Positions 18,728-29,906 of a stretch of DNA of 64,000 nucleotides are shown here, one piece after another. The notes beneath the pieces are model-generated. The model was given only the letters and a program-made list of their open reading frames with translations, was not told where the DNA came from and ran no database searches. This DNA is from Acidobacteriota bacterium (GTDB taxonomy: Bacteria > Acidobacteriota > UBA6911 > JACQSX01): contig DASXQR010000163.1 in assembly GCA_036507075.1 (NCBI GenBank), positions 17,699 to 81,698 of the forward strand, read 5' to 3'. Position 1 is the first letter of the stretch; each line of letters starts with the position of its first letter. Made by a program: the position numbers and the translations under genes.

Positions 18728-19411
18728 ATGCCACGGAAAGCAAGAATTGTCGTACCAGGATACCCACATCACGTCACTCATCGAGGCAACCGCCGCAGCG
18801 ACATCTTTCTCGACGACGATGATCGACGGTTTTATCTTTATCTGTTGCAGAAATACACGGAACGTTACAAGGTTGACCTGTGGTCTTACTCGCTCATGAC
18901 CAACCATACTCACCTTATAACATTACCTTACAGCAAAGAATCGCTCTCGGAAGCCATGAAAAGAGCAGACGGCCGCTACGCCATGTACTTCAACGCCAAG
19001 TACGGATTTGTTGGACACCTCTGGCAAGGGCGCTTCTTCTCTTGCGCTCTCGACGACCCACATCTGCGATCGGCAGTCCGTTACGTAGAACGTAATCCAG
19101 TCAGAGCCGGGATGGTGGCTCGGGCCGAGGATTATCCTTGGTCAAGCGCCGCGGCAAACTGCGGTGTAAGGCACGATCCAGTCTTGTCCGACGGCCTGCC
19201 ATTAAAGCAGATCATTCCGGATTGGGCAAAGTGGCTGGAACAGCCGACAACAGAAGAGGAGTTCGAGAGAATCCGTCGAATGACCCGGGCCGGCCGGCCG
19301 TGTGGATCGGAGCAGTTTATCGAAGAACTGGAGAAGTTATTCGGCCTTGACTTGAGACAAAAACCAAGAGGGAAGAAAAAAAAAGAGTTCGTCAGGACAG
19401 AAGGGGTCTAA
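18728..19411 (+). mobile_element. REP-associated HUH (Y1) tyrosine transposase, RAYT/TnpA-REP
   Basis: MPRKARI, HVTHRGNRR, MTNHTHL (HUH), GHLWQGRF, RYVERNPVRAG, YPWSS. Confidence 0.92.
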
Positions 19412-19543
19412 AAGGGGGGTCTAAAAGGGGGACAGTCCCCCGTTTCATGGGTCTAAAAGGGGGACAGTCCCCCGTTTCATATCAAAAAGGGGACTGTCCC
19501 CTTTGTACATTTTGACATAAAAAAGGGGACTGTCCCCCTTTTG
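19403..19543. repeat. REP cluster downstream of the RAYT
   Basis: 32-bp unit gggtctaaaagggggacagtcccccgtttcat twice, then two inverted AAAAGGGGACTGTCCCC copies. Confidence 0.92.
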
Positions 19544-19652
19544 CCCCAACACCCCCGGCGCGGCGGAGAAGTCAGGGCGCGATCAGACGATTTCGGACAC
19601 CAGAGGGAAGCTGCCTTCTCCACGAAAGGTTGTAACGATGGACGCGAGCTGG

Positions 19653-20054
19653 TTACCTCCCTCCACAGAGCGGGCCGGGAGAGAGGTCTATCACCACTTC
19701 GGCATTCGGCATGGCGGTCACCTCAAACATCTGTGTGCCTTGGGTAAGCTTGAGAATGGTGTACCCGTTTACCGAAGTGTGTGCCATGAAGATAAGTCGG
19801 TCGACGTTGCGGGGCAAAGTGCGCGACTCAGGAACAACTGTTGAGCTTGAATCGAATACGCGAATCTCCTCCACATCTAGTCTGCCCTTGCTTGTCACCT
19901 GTAGTATCGTGAGTGCAACCTTGGATGACGTAAAAACCTCTAGCGTGTATGGGTGGTTACTTTCGAAGCACCCAAGGTACTGAGCCTGTGCCGAAGCACA
20001 TGTCAAAATCAGCGCCGCGAATGCGCCCGCGAACAGAGAAATAAGTCTCTTCAT
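19653..20054 (-). CDS. Small secreted hypothetical protein
   Basis: RBS GAGGAGG, signal peptide ending AQA, two Cys in the mature part. Confidence 0.75.
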   Translation of the reverse strand: MKRLISLFAGAFAALILTCASAQAQYLGCFESNHPYTLEVFTSSKVALTILQVTSKGRLDVEEIRVFDSSSTVVPESRTLPRNVDRLIFMAHTSVNGYTILKLTQGTQMFEVTAMPNAEVVIDLSPGPLCGGR

Positions 20055-20181
20055 CGTTGTGTCCTCCTCTTGGGATTAGCGTTGACGTGCGTGACCTGTC
20101 TTTGCCCGCCGAAGATCAGCACGCCTTTTACTCAGATAAGACATGGCGGGAAAAACATTTCAGCTCAGTTAAAACTTGAAT

Positions 20182-20901
20182 CTATGGCGCACACTTCGAA
20201 ACCGCAAATGAGACGGGGTCTGATAGAAGACCGCCGATCTCGACACGGAGTGTGTAGTGTCCTTCGTTCCCGTCGGTAAAAATCCCCCGTACACTCAGGT
20301 TGCCAGTGCTATCGGTTCTGCCCCACTCTAGAGTCTTCCAAGGTTTGCCACTGCTTGTTCCCACGAGGTGAACAGAGGTGTTCGGAAGTCCGCGGGTCAC
20401 TGCCAAAGTCCAGGGACTTCCGGGACAAAATCTCGTCGCCTCCAGCGTAAGGACCGGCACAAGCGAACCACAGCGGCGCTCGTTGTTTGGGGTATTTACT
20501 GTCGTTGGATTTCCTTGAGGCACGATGAAGGTGTTGTACACCTCGACATCCTCTGTGCCCAGGTTTTTGGCTCTATGGACATGGAGTTCCGTCTCTTCGA
20601 AAGCCTCCCCCGCCTTGAACACTTCCTCCTGACCACATCCATCCTCGACGGTCAGCGTGCCTCGCTTTATGACGTTGTAGGCGCGTCCAGGATGATAGTG
20701 CCAGGCGAGCACCTCTCCGGGCGATATAACGAGTTGTCGGACGGTCAATGTGGCAGGGCCGTCAAAGAGTTCCGAATGGGGTATGGTGCCAACAGCAATC
20801 ACGGCAGTAGTTGCCGCGTACGTCGACATGATACCGGCAAGAAATAGGACACTGAGGCCGGCTCCCAGCTTCACAATGCTGTTCAGAGGGTTTGTCTTCA
20901 T
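20182..20901 (-). CDS. Secreted cupin protein with a C-terminal beta-rich domain
   Basis: Signal peptide; WHYHPG and EAFEE...VHRAKN cupin motifs. Confidence 0.8.
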   Translation of the reverse strand: MKTNPLNSIVKLGAGLSVLFLAGIMSTYAATTAVIAVGTIPHSELFDGPATLTVRQLVISPGEVLAWHYHPGRAYNVIKRGTLTVEDGCGQEEVFKAGEAFEETELHVHRAKNLGTEDVEVYNTFIVPQGNPTTVNTPNNERRCGSLVPVLTLEATRFCPGSPWTLAVTRGLPNTSVHLVGTSSGKPWKTLEWGRTDSTGNLSVRGIFTDGNEGHYTLRVEIGGLLSDPVSFAVSKCAP

Positions 20902-21064
20902 GGTTGATTTCCTTTCTGTTCCCTGCTTGCTACGCGTTGCACGTGGGCAGTAAAATGGGCTGATAATGGCCGCCACCTCTACCCCGGGAGATTGTGGCTG
21001 GAGCCGCGGTTAAGAGTCTTTACGAGAGGCCTTCTTTTTTCTTCGCAATTCTTCCGGTTCTGCT

Positions 21065-22990
21065 ATGAGCAAGCAAACCCACCACTTCTACGAATTTGGC
21101 CCCTTCTCCCTCGATGCCGAGAGGCGACTGTTGCAGCGCAATGGCGACACCATTTCGCTGCCGCCGAAAGTATTGGACACGCTTCTTGCCCTCATTAAGA
21201 ACAGGGAAGACGCGCTTACCAAGGACGAACTGCTCAATCTGGTGTGGGGTGAAACGATCGTGGAGGAGGGGGGGCTCGCCCGGAACGTGTCTCTCTTGAG
21301 GAAAGCCCTGGGGGAGCGGCCCGACGACCATCACTACATTGTGACGGTGCCTGGCCGAGGGTATCAGTTTGTGGCGGATGTGACGGAGAAATGGGAGAAC
21401 GGCAAGGAATCATCCGAACCCATGCCGGCCGCAACGAAAAGTGGCTTGAGGCCGAAGGGGATTCTCTCGGCGCATCGCCGGCTGATTCTGGGAGGATTGG
21501 CCGCACTCGCCCTCGGGATCCCGGCGTACCTGTTGATTTCTCGGATCATTCTCGAGCTAACGCAACCCGAAATCAGATCGCTGGCGGTGTTGCCCCTACA
21601 AAACCTGTCGGGCGATCCCGAACAGGAATACTTTGCCGATGGGATGACCGAAGCACTTATTGGAAGTCTCGCACAGATGCGCGCGCTCCGTGTTGCCTCC
21701 CGAACTGCTGTGATGCGCTTCAAGGGAAGCAAAAAACCGCTCCAGGAGATTTCGCGCGACCTGAAGGCGGATACCCTGATTGTCGGGTCGGTGCAGCCGG
21801 CGGGTGGGCGGGTCAAAATCATGATTGAGTTGATCGACGGGCGCACCGATACGCACCTGTGGGCGCGCGACTACGATCTGGAAACGACGAATGTCCTGAA
21901 GTTGCAGGCCGAGGTGGCGCGAGATGTCGTCAGACGGATCAGGATCAAGCTGTCGCCGCAGGAGGAGGTACGCCTCGGGAGCGCTCTCCCGGTAAACCCG
22001 GAAGCTTATGATTACTATCTACGGGGACGGTATTATTCCAACCGACAAAACAAGGAAGACAACGAAGCTGCTGTCGTGAGTCTTGAGCGCGCTGTGGCCG
22101 TTGACTCGACGTTTGCTTCGGCCTATGCAGAACTCGCTCAGGCGTACGTGTGGAAGTTCTTTTTATTTGCGCCACAGGAAAGAAAGTGGGAGGAGAAGGC
22201 TTTCGTGGCGGCTGAGAAGGCACTTTCGTTAGATCCGGATCTGCCCATGGCTTATCTGGCGAGGGGACGCCTCCTCTGGACGCCCGCCAACCATTTTCCT
22301 CACGAGAGGGCCATTCACGAATATCGCCGCGCGCTGGATTTGAACCCGGAACTGGATGAAGCTCGAAATCAGCTTGCGCTTATTTATTGTCATATCGGGC
22401 TTTTCGATGAAGCGCTCCAGGAATCGCAAAAAGCGCTCGAGACCAATCCGAGCAATAACCTGGCGGTATATCGAACGGCACAGACGCTGATATTTCAGGG
22501 GAGGTATGAGCAAGGCCTATCTGTTTTGCGGACCATCCCTGAGAAAGTCAATCCTGCGCTGGTTGGATACCAGATTCCCTGGGCCCTGTTCAATCTCGGG
22601 AGGAAGGAGGAGGCATCCGGCAGGCTCGAGCATGTGTTGAAGGAATACCCTGAAGACAGTGGCGGGCTGTATACGAGCCTGCAGGCGCTTCTAACGGCTT
22701 CAATCGGTCAAGAACGTCAGGCGGAGAAAAGGATCAACGAGGCGGTAGAACGGGGCAAAGGATTCGGCCACTTTCATCATACGGCCTATCACATCGCTTG
22801 TGCCTATGCGCTCATGAACAAACCTGAGCCGGCCATCAAGTGGTTGGAGGCGGCCGCCCAGGATGGGTTCCCCTGTTATCCGTTGTTTGAGCGGGATGCT
22901 AATTTGGACAACCTGCGCCGAGATGTCCGCTTCATAAGGTCCATGGCACGCTTAAGGCAACAGTGGGAGCGCTACAGAACCCTGTTTTGA
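21065..22990 (+). CDS. CadC-type winged-helix/TM/TolB-N-like/TPR regulator
   Basis: [50 protein letters not shown] repeats. Confidence 0.92.
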   Translation: MSKQTHHFYEFGPFSLDAERRLLQRNGDTISLPPKVLDTLLALIKNREDALTKDELLNLVWGETIVEEGGLARNVSLLRKALGERPDDHHYIVTVPGRGYQFVADVTEKWENGKESSEPMPAATKSGLRPKGILSAHRRLILGGLAALALGIPAYLLISRIILELTQPEIRSLAVLPLQNLSGDPEQEYFADGMTEALIGSLAQMRALRVASRTAVMRFKGSKKPLQEISRDLKADTLIVGSVQPAGGRVKIMIELIDGRTDTHLWARDYDLETTNVLKLQAEVARDVVRRIRIKLSPQEEVRLGSALPVNPEAYDYYLRGRYYSNRQNKEDNEAAVVSLERAVAVDSTFASAYAELAQAYVWKFFLFAPQERKWEEKAFVAAEKALSLDPDLPMAYLARGRLLWTPANHFPHERAIHEYRRALDLNPELDEARNQLALIYCHIGLFDEALQESQKALETNPSNNLAVYRTAQTLIFQGRYEQGLSVLRTIPEKVNPALVGYQIPWALFNLGRKEEASGRLEHVLKEYPEDSGGLYTSLQALLTASIGQERQAEKRINEAVERGKGFGHFHHTAYHIACAYALMNKPEPAIKWLEAAAQDGFPCYPLFERDANLDNLRRDVRFIRSMARLRQQWERYRTLF

Positions 22991-23002
22991 TCGGTGTTTT
23001 CG
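22980..23002 (+). repeat. Left copy of an exact 23-bp direct repeat (att/TSD-like)
   Basis: CCCTGTTTTGATCGGTGTTTTCG, spans the regulator stop codon; identical at 24912-24934. Confidence 0.9.
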
Positions 23003-23221
23003 CGGCCGCTCTCCGATGACTCACGGATCCAGTCGAGGCACAACCGGCGTGAGACGAGGAATTTGGTTATTTTTTGTGCACTTCAAACAATTGACCGTGC
23101 GCCTCGGTCGGTCGCGGTTTGCGCTCGGTTAGTTTGCAAACGCATGATCCGCGAAATCGGATGTCGCGGAACGAGTGCTCGGCGGGGGTTCATCAACTTC
23201 GGGGAGGGTAAGGACAACCAA

Positions 23222-23506
23222 ATGTCTTTTCTCGTCGACACTGGTGCAAGCGACTCGATGGCGCCAGCTGCAGAGCTCAGGAAGATAGGCGTGCAACCTG
23301 TGGGAAAGAGGACCTACGAACTGGCGGATGGTACGATACACGAGTACCCGTTCGGACTGGTTGAAATTAGATTTATGGGCGAGGTGACTGCCGGTCGGGT
23401 GATCTTCGGCCCGGATAATGTAGAGCCTTTACTCGGCACTACGGCGCTTGATTCAGCGGGTGTTACAGTTGATCCACGCGGCCAGACCCTGAGACGACTG
23501 CCTGCC
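23222..23506 (+). pseudogene. Clan AA aspartyl protease fragment
   Basis: [24 protein letters not shown] motifs; runs into kinase antisense after LRRLPA. Confidence 0.75.
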
Positions 23507-24027
23507 TCGGTTGGCAAAGCCGTCACCCTCGCCACTTCCGGTTCTGGCCGCCGTTCTGCCACTAGTTTGGCTAGCCCAAAGTCAAGAACCTTGGCTTGGC
23601 CGCGGACGGTAATGAAAATGTTGGCAGGTTTGATGTCCCGATGCACAATCCCTTTTGAGTGCGCGGCATCGAGCGCATCGGCAATCTGAATTGCCAATTC
23701 CAGCAATTGGTCCGTCCGAAACGGCTTTCGCACCATGCGCGGTTTGAGCGTCTGGCCTTCGAGCAGTTCCATGACCATGAATGGCTGGTCTTCGTACACT
23801 CCAATGTCGTAAATGGTGCAGATATTAGGATGGTTCAAGGCAGAGGCAGCACGGGCTTCGCGTTGGAAACGTTCCAGCGCCTGACGGTCCCGCGAGAAGT
23901 CTTCGGGGAGGAATTTCAGCGCCACGTAGCGGCCGAGCCGAGGATCTTCGGCCTTGTAGACGACCCCCATGCCGCCGCCACCGAGCTTCTGCAGAACACG
24001 GTAGTGGGAAATCGTCTTGCCGATCAT
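23503..24027 (-). pseudogene. Truncated Hanks-type Ser/Thr kinase
   Basis: [25 protein letters not shown] present; the GT..YMSPE segment and C-lobe are missing. Confidence 0.9.
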
Positions 24028-24232
24028 TCAAAGAGATCTCCGTCCGGAAAAGGCAATGGCACGATTATATCAAGAACGACTTGATCCTTAGTCTGTCACT
24101 GCGGCATTCCGTAAATAGTTGCAAGTGTTAGATTCTGATCCAAGCAAGTGCAGTTTTCGCAGACCCTCCTAATTCAGAATGGGCGGATCAGTTGTTTTAA
24201 TTGGCGATCTGACCCGACGCTTCGCCTTACGC

Positions 24233-24261
24233 TTGACGTAACGCGTATTAAACGTTACTCT
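24233..24261 (+). promoter_or_regulatory. Sigma-70 promoter of higBA with an overlapping operator palindrome
   Basis: TTGACG-N17-TACTCT; GTAACG-N9-CGTTAC inverted repeat. Confidence 0.7.
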
Positions 24262-24266
24262 AGGAA

Positions 24267-24551
24267 ATGATCGTCAGCTATCGGAATAAACGCACTAGAG
24301 GTTTTGCTGTCGGAAAAAAAGTCAAAGCCTTTTCTGGGATCGAGCGTGCGGCGCACCTGAAGCTTGATCGTCTCGAAGCCGCAGTCATCCTGAAAGATCT
24401 GGCTGCCTTACCGGGCAATCGCTTTGAAGCGTTAGTAGGGGATCGGAAGGGCCAGTACAGCATCCGTATTAATGATCAATGGCGTATCTGTTTTGAGTGG
24501 CCCGATAAATCCCCTGGTCCCGAGAATGTAGAGATTGTTGATTATCACTAG
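24267..24551 (+). CDS. higB: HigB-family (RelE/ParE) toxin
   Basis: LPGNRFEALVGDRKGQYSIRINDQWRICFEW...IVDYH. Confidence 0.95.
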   Translation: MIVSYRNKRTRGFAVGKKVKAFSGIERAAHLKLDRLEAAVILKDLAALPGNRFEALVGDRKGQYSIRINDQWRICFEWPDKSPGPENVEIVDYH

Positions 24552-24561
24552 GAGAAGCGTT

Positions 24562-24864
24562 ATGGCACTTACGGCTATCCACCCAGGGGAACATTTAGCC
24601 GAAGAATTGGAGGCGTTGAATATGAGCGCTGCGGCGTTGGCGCGCCAGCTCAAAGTACCTACGAATCGTATCACCGAGATCATAAATGGACAGCGCGCCA
24701 TCACGGGAGACACAGCGCTGCGTTTGGCCCATTTCTTCGGCACAACCGCGGAGTTTTGGTTGAATCTGCAGAGCCTATACCAACTGCGGGTAGCGGAGCA
24801 CAAGGCAGGCAAGTCCATCAAAGCGCTGCCGAGACTTAAACGCCAGGAACCTATCCCGGTCTGA
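24562..24864 (+). CDS. higA: HigA-family antitoxin
   Basis: IHPGEHL, RAITGDTALRLAHFFGTTAEFWLNLQ. Confidence 0.95.
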   Translation: MALTAIHPGEHLAEELEALNMSAAALARQLKVPTNRITEIINGQRAITGDTALRLAHFFGTTAEFWLNLQSLYQLRVAEHKAGKSIKALPRLKRQEPIPV

Positions 24865-24911
24865 TATGTGTCCCGGAATCGGCGATCCCACAAAATCACG
24901 CGACCGCCCCT

Positions 24912-24973
24912 CCCTGTTTTGATCGGTGTTTTCGTAAAAAAGGGGTCTAAAAAAAGGGTCTGTCCCCCTTTTG
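24912..24973 (+). repeat. Right copy of the 23-bp direct repeat, followed by a RAYT-type REP
   Basis: CCCTGTTTTGATCGGTGTTTTCG then AGGGGTCTAAAAAAAGGGTCTGTCCCCCTTTTG. Confidence 0.9.
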
Positions 24974-25021
24974 GCCAGGGATCTTATTCATTTCACGCTT
25001 TCGCGCCTTCGCGGTTCCGGC

Positions 25022-26485
25022 TCAGGCGAGGATCTTTGACACCACTTCGCCATGGACGTCTGTGAGGCGGAAATGACGGCCCTGGAATTTGTACGTCAGC
25101 AAAGTGTGGTCAATGCCAAGGCAGTGAAGGATAGTGGCCTGCAGGTCGTGGACATGTACCGGATCAGAGATGATGTTGTATCCGTAGTCGTCGGTTTCGC
25201 CCAGCGTAAACCCCCGTTTGATGCCGCCTCCCGCCGCCCACATGGTGAAACAGCGCGGATGATGGTCACGTCCGTAGTTGTGTTCCGTCAATTTGCCCTG
25301 ACAATAAACGGTGCGCCCAAATTCCCCGCCCCAGATCACCAGCGTGTCATCGAGCATTCCACGCTGCTTCAAATCCTGAATCAGTGCCGCGGTGGGCTGA
25401 TCAGTCCCCTGGCATTGCAGCGACAAATCGCGCGGCAGATCGACGTGCTGGTCCCACCCGCGATGATAAAGCTGGATGAAACGAACATTGCGCTCCGCCA
25501 GTCTTCGCGCCAGCAGGCAATTGGCCGCATACGTGCCGGGCTTTCGCGAATCGGGTCCATACAGCTTGAAGATGTGATCCGGCTCGCCGGAAAGATTCAT
25601 CAGGTCAGGAACCGATGTTTGCATACGGTAGGCGAGCTCGTATTGGGAAATGCGCGTGTCGATTTCCGGATCCGCATACGATTCCGCCTTGATATGGTTT
25701 AATTGGGCTACGGCGTCGAGCATTTGCCGCCGCGTAGTGCGATTGATTCCCGGCGGATCATTCAGATACAGCACCGGATCGGCGGCCGATCGAAAACGCA
25801 CCCCCTGGTGGCTCGACGGAAGAAATCCGCTTCCCCAAAGACGTGAAAACAAAGGCTGATCCGTGTTCAAACCGTTAGCCTGCGAAATCAGCACCACAAA
25901 CGCGGGCATGTCCTGATTCTCCGTACCCAGTCCGTAGCTGATCCATGCGCCGATGCTGGGACGTCCCGGCTGCTGGCTTCCACTTTGAATGAAAGTGATC
26001 GCCGGGTCGTGATTAATCGCATCGGTGTTTACCGTCCTGATGATGGTGATGTCGTCGACAACCTTTGCCGTGTGCGGAAGCAGCTCGCTCAGCCACACTC
26101 CGGATTTGCCGTGCCGGCTGAACTTGAACAGGGATTGAACCACCGGGAATCTCGGCTGGCCTGAAGTCATGCCGGTGATGCGCTGACCCATGCGCACCGA
26201 ATCGGGCAGGTCTGTGTCATGTAACTTGGTGAGAGCCGGCTTGTAATCGAACAAGTCCAGTTGCGAAGGGCCGCCGGACTGGTGCAGGTAGATAACACGC
26301 TTAGCCGTTGGCTTGAAGTGCGGCAAACCTTTCAGACCGCCGTTGCCTGCCTGAGCTGTCGAAATCGCGGCAAACAGATCAGGGTGCAATGCCGCCGCCA
26401 GCGCCGCCACGCCGATCCCTTTGCTGGCAAGACCAAATAGCTGCCGACGCGTCATGGCGAGCTGGAATTCTTTATCGATTGTCAT
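25022..26485 (-). CDS. DUF1501-family protein with a Tat signal
   Basis: TRRQL, GGPSQLDLFDYKP, GWDQH, GEFGRT, GRDHH. Confidence 0.92.
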   Translation of the reverse strand: MTIDKEFQLAMTRRQLFGLASKGIGVAALAAALHPDLFAAISTAQAGNGGLKGLPHFKPTAKRVIYLHQSGGPSQLDLFDYKPALTKLHDTDLPDSVRMGQRITGMTSGQPRFPVVQSLFKFSRHGKSGVWLSELLPHTAKVVDDITIIRTVNTDAINHDPAITFIQSGSQQPGRPSIGAWISYGLGTENQDMPAFVVLISQANGLNTDQPLFSRLWGSGFLPSSHQGVRFRSAADPVLYLNDPPGINRTTRRQMLDAVAQLNHIKAESYADPEIDTRISQYELAYRMQTSVPDLMNLSGEPDHIFKLYGPDSRKPGTYAANCLLARRLAERNVRFIQLYHRGWDQHVDLPRDLSLQCQGTDQPTAALIQDLKQRGMLDDTLVIWGGEFGRTVYCQGKLTEHNYGRDHHPRCFTMWAAGGGIKRGFTLGETDDYGYNIISDPVHVHDLQATILHCLGIDHTLLTYKFQGRHFRLTDVHGEVVSKILA

Positions 26486-26495
26486 GGTGCTGATC

Positions 26496-26561
26496 CTTGG
26501 TGATCTTTGTGCCTTTGTGGTGGAAGGAATTTTTCACCACAAAGACACGAAGTACACAAAG
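26496..26561. repeat. Outward-facing pair of CACCACAAAGACAC repeats
   Basis: ctttgtgcctttgtggtg...caccacaaagacacgaag fills the intra-operon spacer. Confidence 0.8.
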
Positions 26562-29500
26562 CTACTCCTTGGTTATCGTCTCATCCAGATTCAAAATCGC
26601 TCCTGCCACAACGGTCCATGAAGCCAGCTCCGACGGGTCAAGTTTATGATCCGCCGCAGAATCTCCGACGCGCAGCAGTTCGAGCGCCGATGCCCGATCG
26701 CGGCCGTACCGCTTCCGTTCCTGCCGCAGAAGCTTCTCAAGAATGCGGCGCTCCGCGGTTGAAGGCGGGCGCGCCGTGGCAAGGAAAAAGGCGTAATCAA
26801 CCCGCGCGCGCTCCGTCTTGCCAGCCTCGCGCAGCGTCCGCTGTGCGAGGGCTCGCGCCGCTTCCACGTAGGTCGGGTCATTCATCAAAACCAGCGCCTG
26901 CAGCGGCGTATTGGTCACGGCCCGGCGCGCAGTGCACTTCTCGCGATCAGGCGCATCAAAAGTGGCCATCGACGGCGGAGGAACAGTGCGTTTTAAGAAC
27001 GTGTAAAGACTGCGGCGGTACAAATCCTTCCCCCGGGCAGGCGTGTAGGACTGCGCCGAATAGCCGGCGCCGAACGCCGTTTCCTCCCACAGCCCCTGCG
27101 GCTGATAGGGAAAAACCCCCGGGCCGCCCATCTCGGGATTGAGCAGCCCCCCGGCGGCGAGCGCGCCGTCGCGTATCATTTCGGCGGGAAGCCGGAAGCG
27201 AGGCCCGCGCGCCAGTAGCCGGTTTTCCGGATCCTTTTCGCGCAGTGCCGGCGTCAGCCTGGATGATTGCCGGTAGGTTGCCGATGTAACGATCAGTCGT
27301 TGCATGGCGCGAATATCCCACCCGCTGCGGATGAACTCGGTCGCCAGCCAGTCGAGCAGCTCTGGATGGCTGGGAGCATCTCCCTGCAGCCCGAAATCTT
27401 CGGAAGTCTTGACGATTCCCTGTCCAAAATACATCTGCCAGAAATGATTCACAGCGACGCGGGCAGTCAGCGGATGCGCTGGATCGACCAGCCAGCGCGC
27501 CAGGGTAAGCCGGTTGGGCGGCGCCTCTGCGGGAAGGGGCGGCAGCACGGACGGAACTCCCGGGCTGACCTTTTCGGTTTTGTTCCGATAATCTCCTCGC
27601 GTCAAGAAAAAGGTATCCCGCGGCTTCTTCATTTCCGACATAACCATCACGCTTGGGATGGTTTTTTCCAGTTCGTCACGAGTCTTTTTCAGACCAACCA
27701 ATTCAGAATAGGCGGTACGCATGGGCTTGGACGCAGCATAGGTGAGGAAGTAATCGCGCAAGCGCACGCTCTCTTCTTCAGTTGCTTTGCCGTTCACGCC
27801 CGAAAGAATCACCTGCACAGGAAAATGAATCGCCAACTGGTCCACTTCCACGGCGCTCAGAACGCGATCATAAATTCGGAGATCGTCGAGGTTACCCTTG
27901 AAGGGTTCGCCGATGTTCTTATTTCCGATCTGAAGCTCGGCAGCGTTTCCGACAGGACCGGTGAGCCGGTCCTGTATTACTTCAACCTCGGCCGGCTTGC
28001 CATTCACGTACACCTTCAATCCGGCAGCCTTGCACGAGCCGTCGTAGGTGAACGTGATTTGATGCCATTCAGCCAGGGCGAAGTGCTCGGCGGTGCGAAG
28101 TTCGATTCGATTTTCAGGCCATTGTGACGTCAATCGGAACACCACGCGTGCCGCACGCTTCTGGGGACCGGTCAGGATGAGGTCGTCGAGCCACATTTCA
28201 TAGCCGCGCCGTGTCACCGGATCTTCAATCTTTTGAAAAACGGAAATCGGCAGACTGGTGGATCCTCGCATCCAGACAGCAATGCTGAAAGGACTGGTAT
28301 GTTCAAACGAGCCAACCGAGTCGAAAGCGACAATAGAGTCTCCATCGAATGTCACTGCGCGGCCGACCGGACCAGCTCCAAATGTCGGATCGCCGCGGAC
28401 AGTACGCCCATGGAGATAATGACCGGACACGTCCGACAAACTGCCGTTCATTTCGTACTGCGCGATCAGTCCTTCGCGGGAAGCCAGAGCCGTTTTTCCC
28501 GCCAGTGTCGTTTCCCAGGCTTCCTGTTCCGGCTTGACACAAGCGTCGGAAAGCGCTTCTGCCTTTTCCTTAATGGTAGCTTCCAGTTCCTCCATGCGCG
28601 CTTTCTGCGTCGAATTCGGCAGCTTCAGGATCGGATCGGCGTTGCCGTTCCTTCCGTCCAATCCTTTCTCAGCGACGGTATTGAAGAAAGCGAAGAATTG
28701 ATAGAACTCGTGCTGCGTGATCGGATCATGCTTGTGACTGTGGCAGCGCGCGCAGCCTATCGTCATCCCCATCCAGGTGGTGGCGGTCGTTTCCACGCGG
28801 TCCGCGACGTATTCGACCAGATACTCCTCCGGGATTGCGCCGCCTTCGAAATTGATCATGTGGTTGCGATTGAAGCCTGAGGCGATCTTCTGCTCGATTG
28901 TGGCATCGGGCAGCAGGTCTCCGGCGAGTTGCTCGACCGTGAACTGATCAAAGGGCATGTTGCGGTTGAATGCCGAGACGACCCAGTCGCGCCACGCCCA
29001 CATATCCCTGTGCGGATCAATGTGGTATCCGTGCGTGTCCGCGTAGCGGGCCAAATCAAGCCATTGCATTGCCATTCGCTCGCCATAGTGCGGCGATTGC
29101 AGGAGCTGATCGACGCGTTTCTCGTAGGCACCCGGTGCCGTGTCGGCCAGAAAAGAACGGATCTCTAAAGGAGTCGGAGGAAGCCCGGTGAGATCAATGG
29201 TCACACGCCGCAGCAGCGTAGCCTTATCAGCTTCGGGAGAAGGCGTCATTCCTTCCGCGTCAAGTCTGGACAGGATGAAATAGTCGATCGAGTTTTTTGG
29301 CCAGGAAGAAATTATCGATTTGTTTGTATCGTGCGCGGCGACGACATGGGGATCGGCGAAACGCCCCTTTTCGTTATCCCCCCCTTTCGCATTTGCGGGC
29401 TCCCGTTTTCCTGCCAATCCGGGAACGTCGGGTCGCTTCGGCGGCACATACGCCCAATGTATTTCCCAGCGTGCTCCTTCGTCGATCCAGCGTCGGAGCA

Positions 29501-29906
29501 ATTCGACCTGGCGGGCAGTCAAGCTTCGCCCGGAGTCCGGCGGCGGCATCAACCGGTCAGGATTTTCTGAGGAAACACGCTGAACCAACTTGCTGTCCGC
29601 GGACTTCCCCGGAATAATCACACCCGGTTTTCCGAACGCGACCTCTTTGATGTCAAAGCGCAGCCGCGCCTTCCGCTTTGCCTCGTCCGGCCCGTGACAG
29701 GGATAACAATTGTCGGAAAAAATCAGTCGGATGTCGCGATTGAACTCAACGGGAACCGCTGATGTTGTCGATGGCTGAGCCGGCGGCGGGTTTTTCCCCT
29801 GAGGAGGGCTGCCTTGGCCCGCAAATATCAGAAACGAACTGGCACAACTGACCAGCGTAGCGATGCCGAAAATCAGTGCCAGCCTCAATCGGGCGCTCAG
29901 TTGCAT
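26562..29906 (-). CDS. Planctomycete cytochrome c / DUF1549 / LamG / DUF1553 protein
   Basis: CYPCH and CARCH heme motifs, [30 protein letters not shown] before ATG 29906. Confidence 0.92.
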   Translation of the reverse strand: MQLSARLRLALIFGIATLVSCASSFLIFAGQGSPPQGKNPPPAQPSTTSAVPVEFNRDIRLIFSDNCYPCHGPDEAKRKARLRFDIKEVAFGKPGVIIPGKSADSKLVQRVSSENPDRLMPPPDSGRSLTARQVELLRRWIDEGARWEIHWAYVPPKRPDVPGLAGKREPANAKGGDNEKGRFADPHVVAAHDTNKSIISSWPKNSIDYFILSRLDAEGMTPSPEADKATLLRRVTIDLTGLPPTPLEIRSFLADTAPGAYEKRVDQLLQSPHYGERMAMQWLDLARYADTHGYHIDPHRDMWAWRDWVVSAFNRNMPFDQFTVEQLAGDLLPDATIEQKIASGFNRNHMINFEGGAIPEEYLVEYVADRVETTATTWMGMTIGCARCHSHKHDPITQHEFYQFFAFFNTVAEKGLDGRNGNADPILKLPNSTQKARMEELEATIKEKAEALSDACVKPEQEAWETTLAGKTALASREGLIAQYEMNGSLSDVSGHYLHGRTVRGDPTFGAGPVGRAVTFDGDSIVAFDSVGSFEHTSPFSIAVWMRGSTSLPISVFQKIEDPVTRRGYEMWLDDLILTGPQKRAARVVFRLTSQWPENRIELRTAEHFALAEWHQITFTYDGSCKAAGLKVYVNGKPAEVEVIQDRLTGPVGNAAELQIGNKNIGEPFKGNLDDLRIYDRVLSAVEVDQLAIHFPVQVILSGVNGKATEEESVRLRDYFLTYAASKPMRTAYSELVGLKKTRDELEKTIPSVMVMSEMKKPRDTFFLTRGDYRNKTEKVSPGVPSVLPPLPAEAPPNRLTLARWLVDPAHPLTARVAVNHFWQMYFGQGIVKTSEDFGLQGDAPSHPELLDWLATEFIRSGWDIRAMQRLIVTSATYRQSSRLTPALREKDPENRLLARGPRFRLPAEMIRDGALAAGGLLNPEMGGPGVFPYQPQGLWEETAFGAGYSAQSYTPARGKDLYRRSLYTFLKRTVPPPSMATFDAPDREKCTARRAVTNTPLQALVLMNDPTYVEAARALAQRTLREAGKTERARVDYAFFLATARPPSTAERRILEKLLRQERKRYGRDRASALELLRVGDSAADHKLDPSELASWTVVAGAILNLDETITKE

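Noticed and set aside
19403..19543. Possible CRISPR array
   Set aside because: Repeats are adjacent or inverted, with no unique 30-40-bp spacers and no cas genes; they fit RAYT REPs
23180..23212. GFINFGE resembling a GxxExxY C-terminal motif
   Set aside because: Only a few residues, with no upstream family motifs
22994..23689. 231-aa ORF as one real gene
   Set aside because: Chimera of non-coding DNA, a protease fragment and kinase antisense
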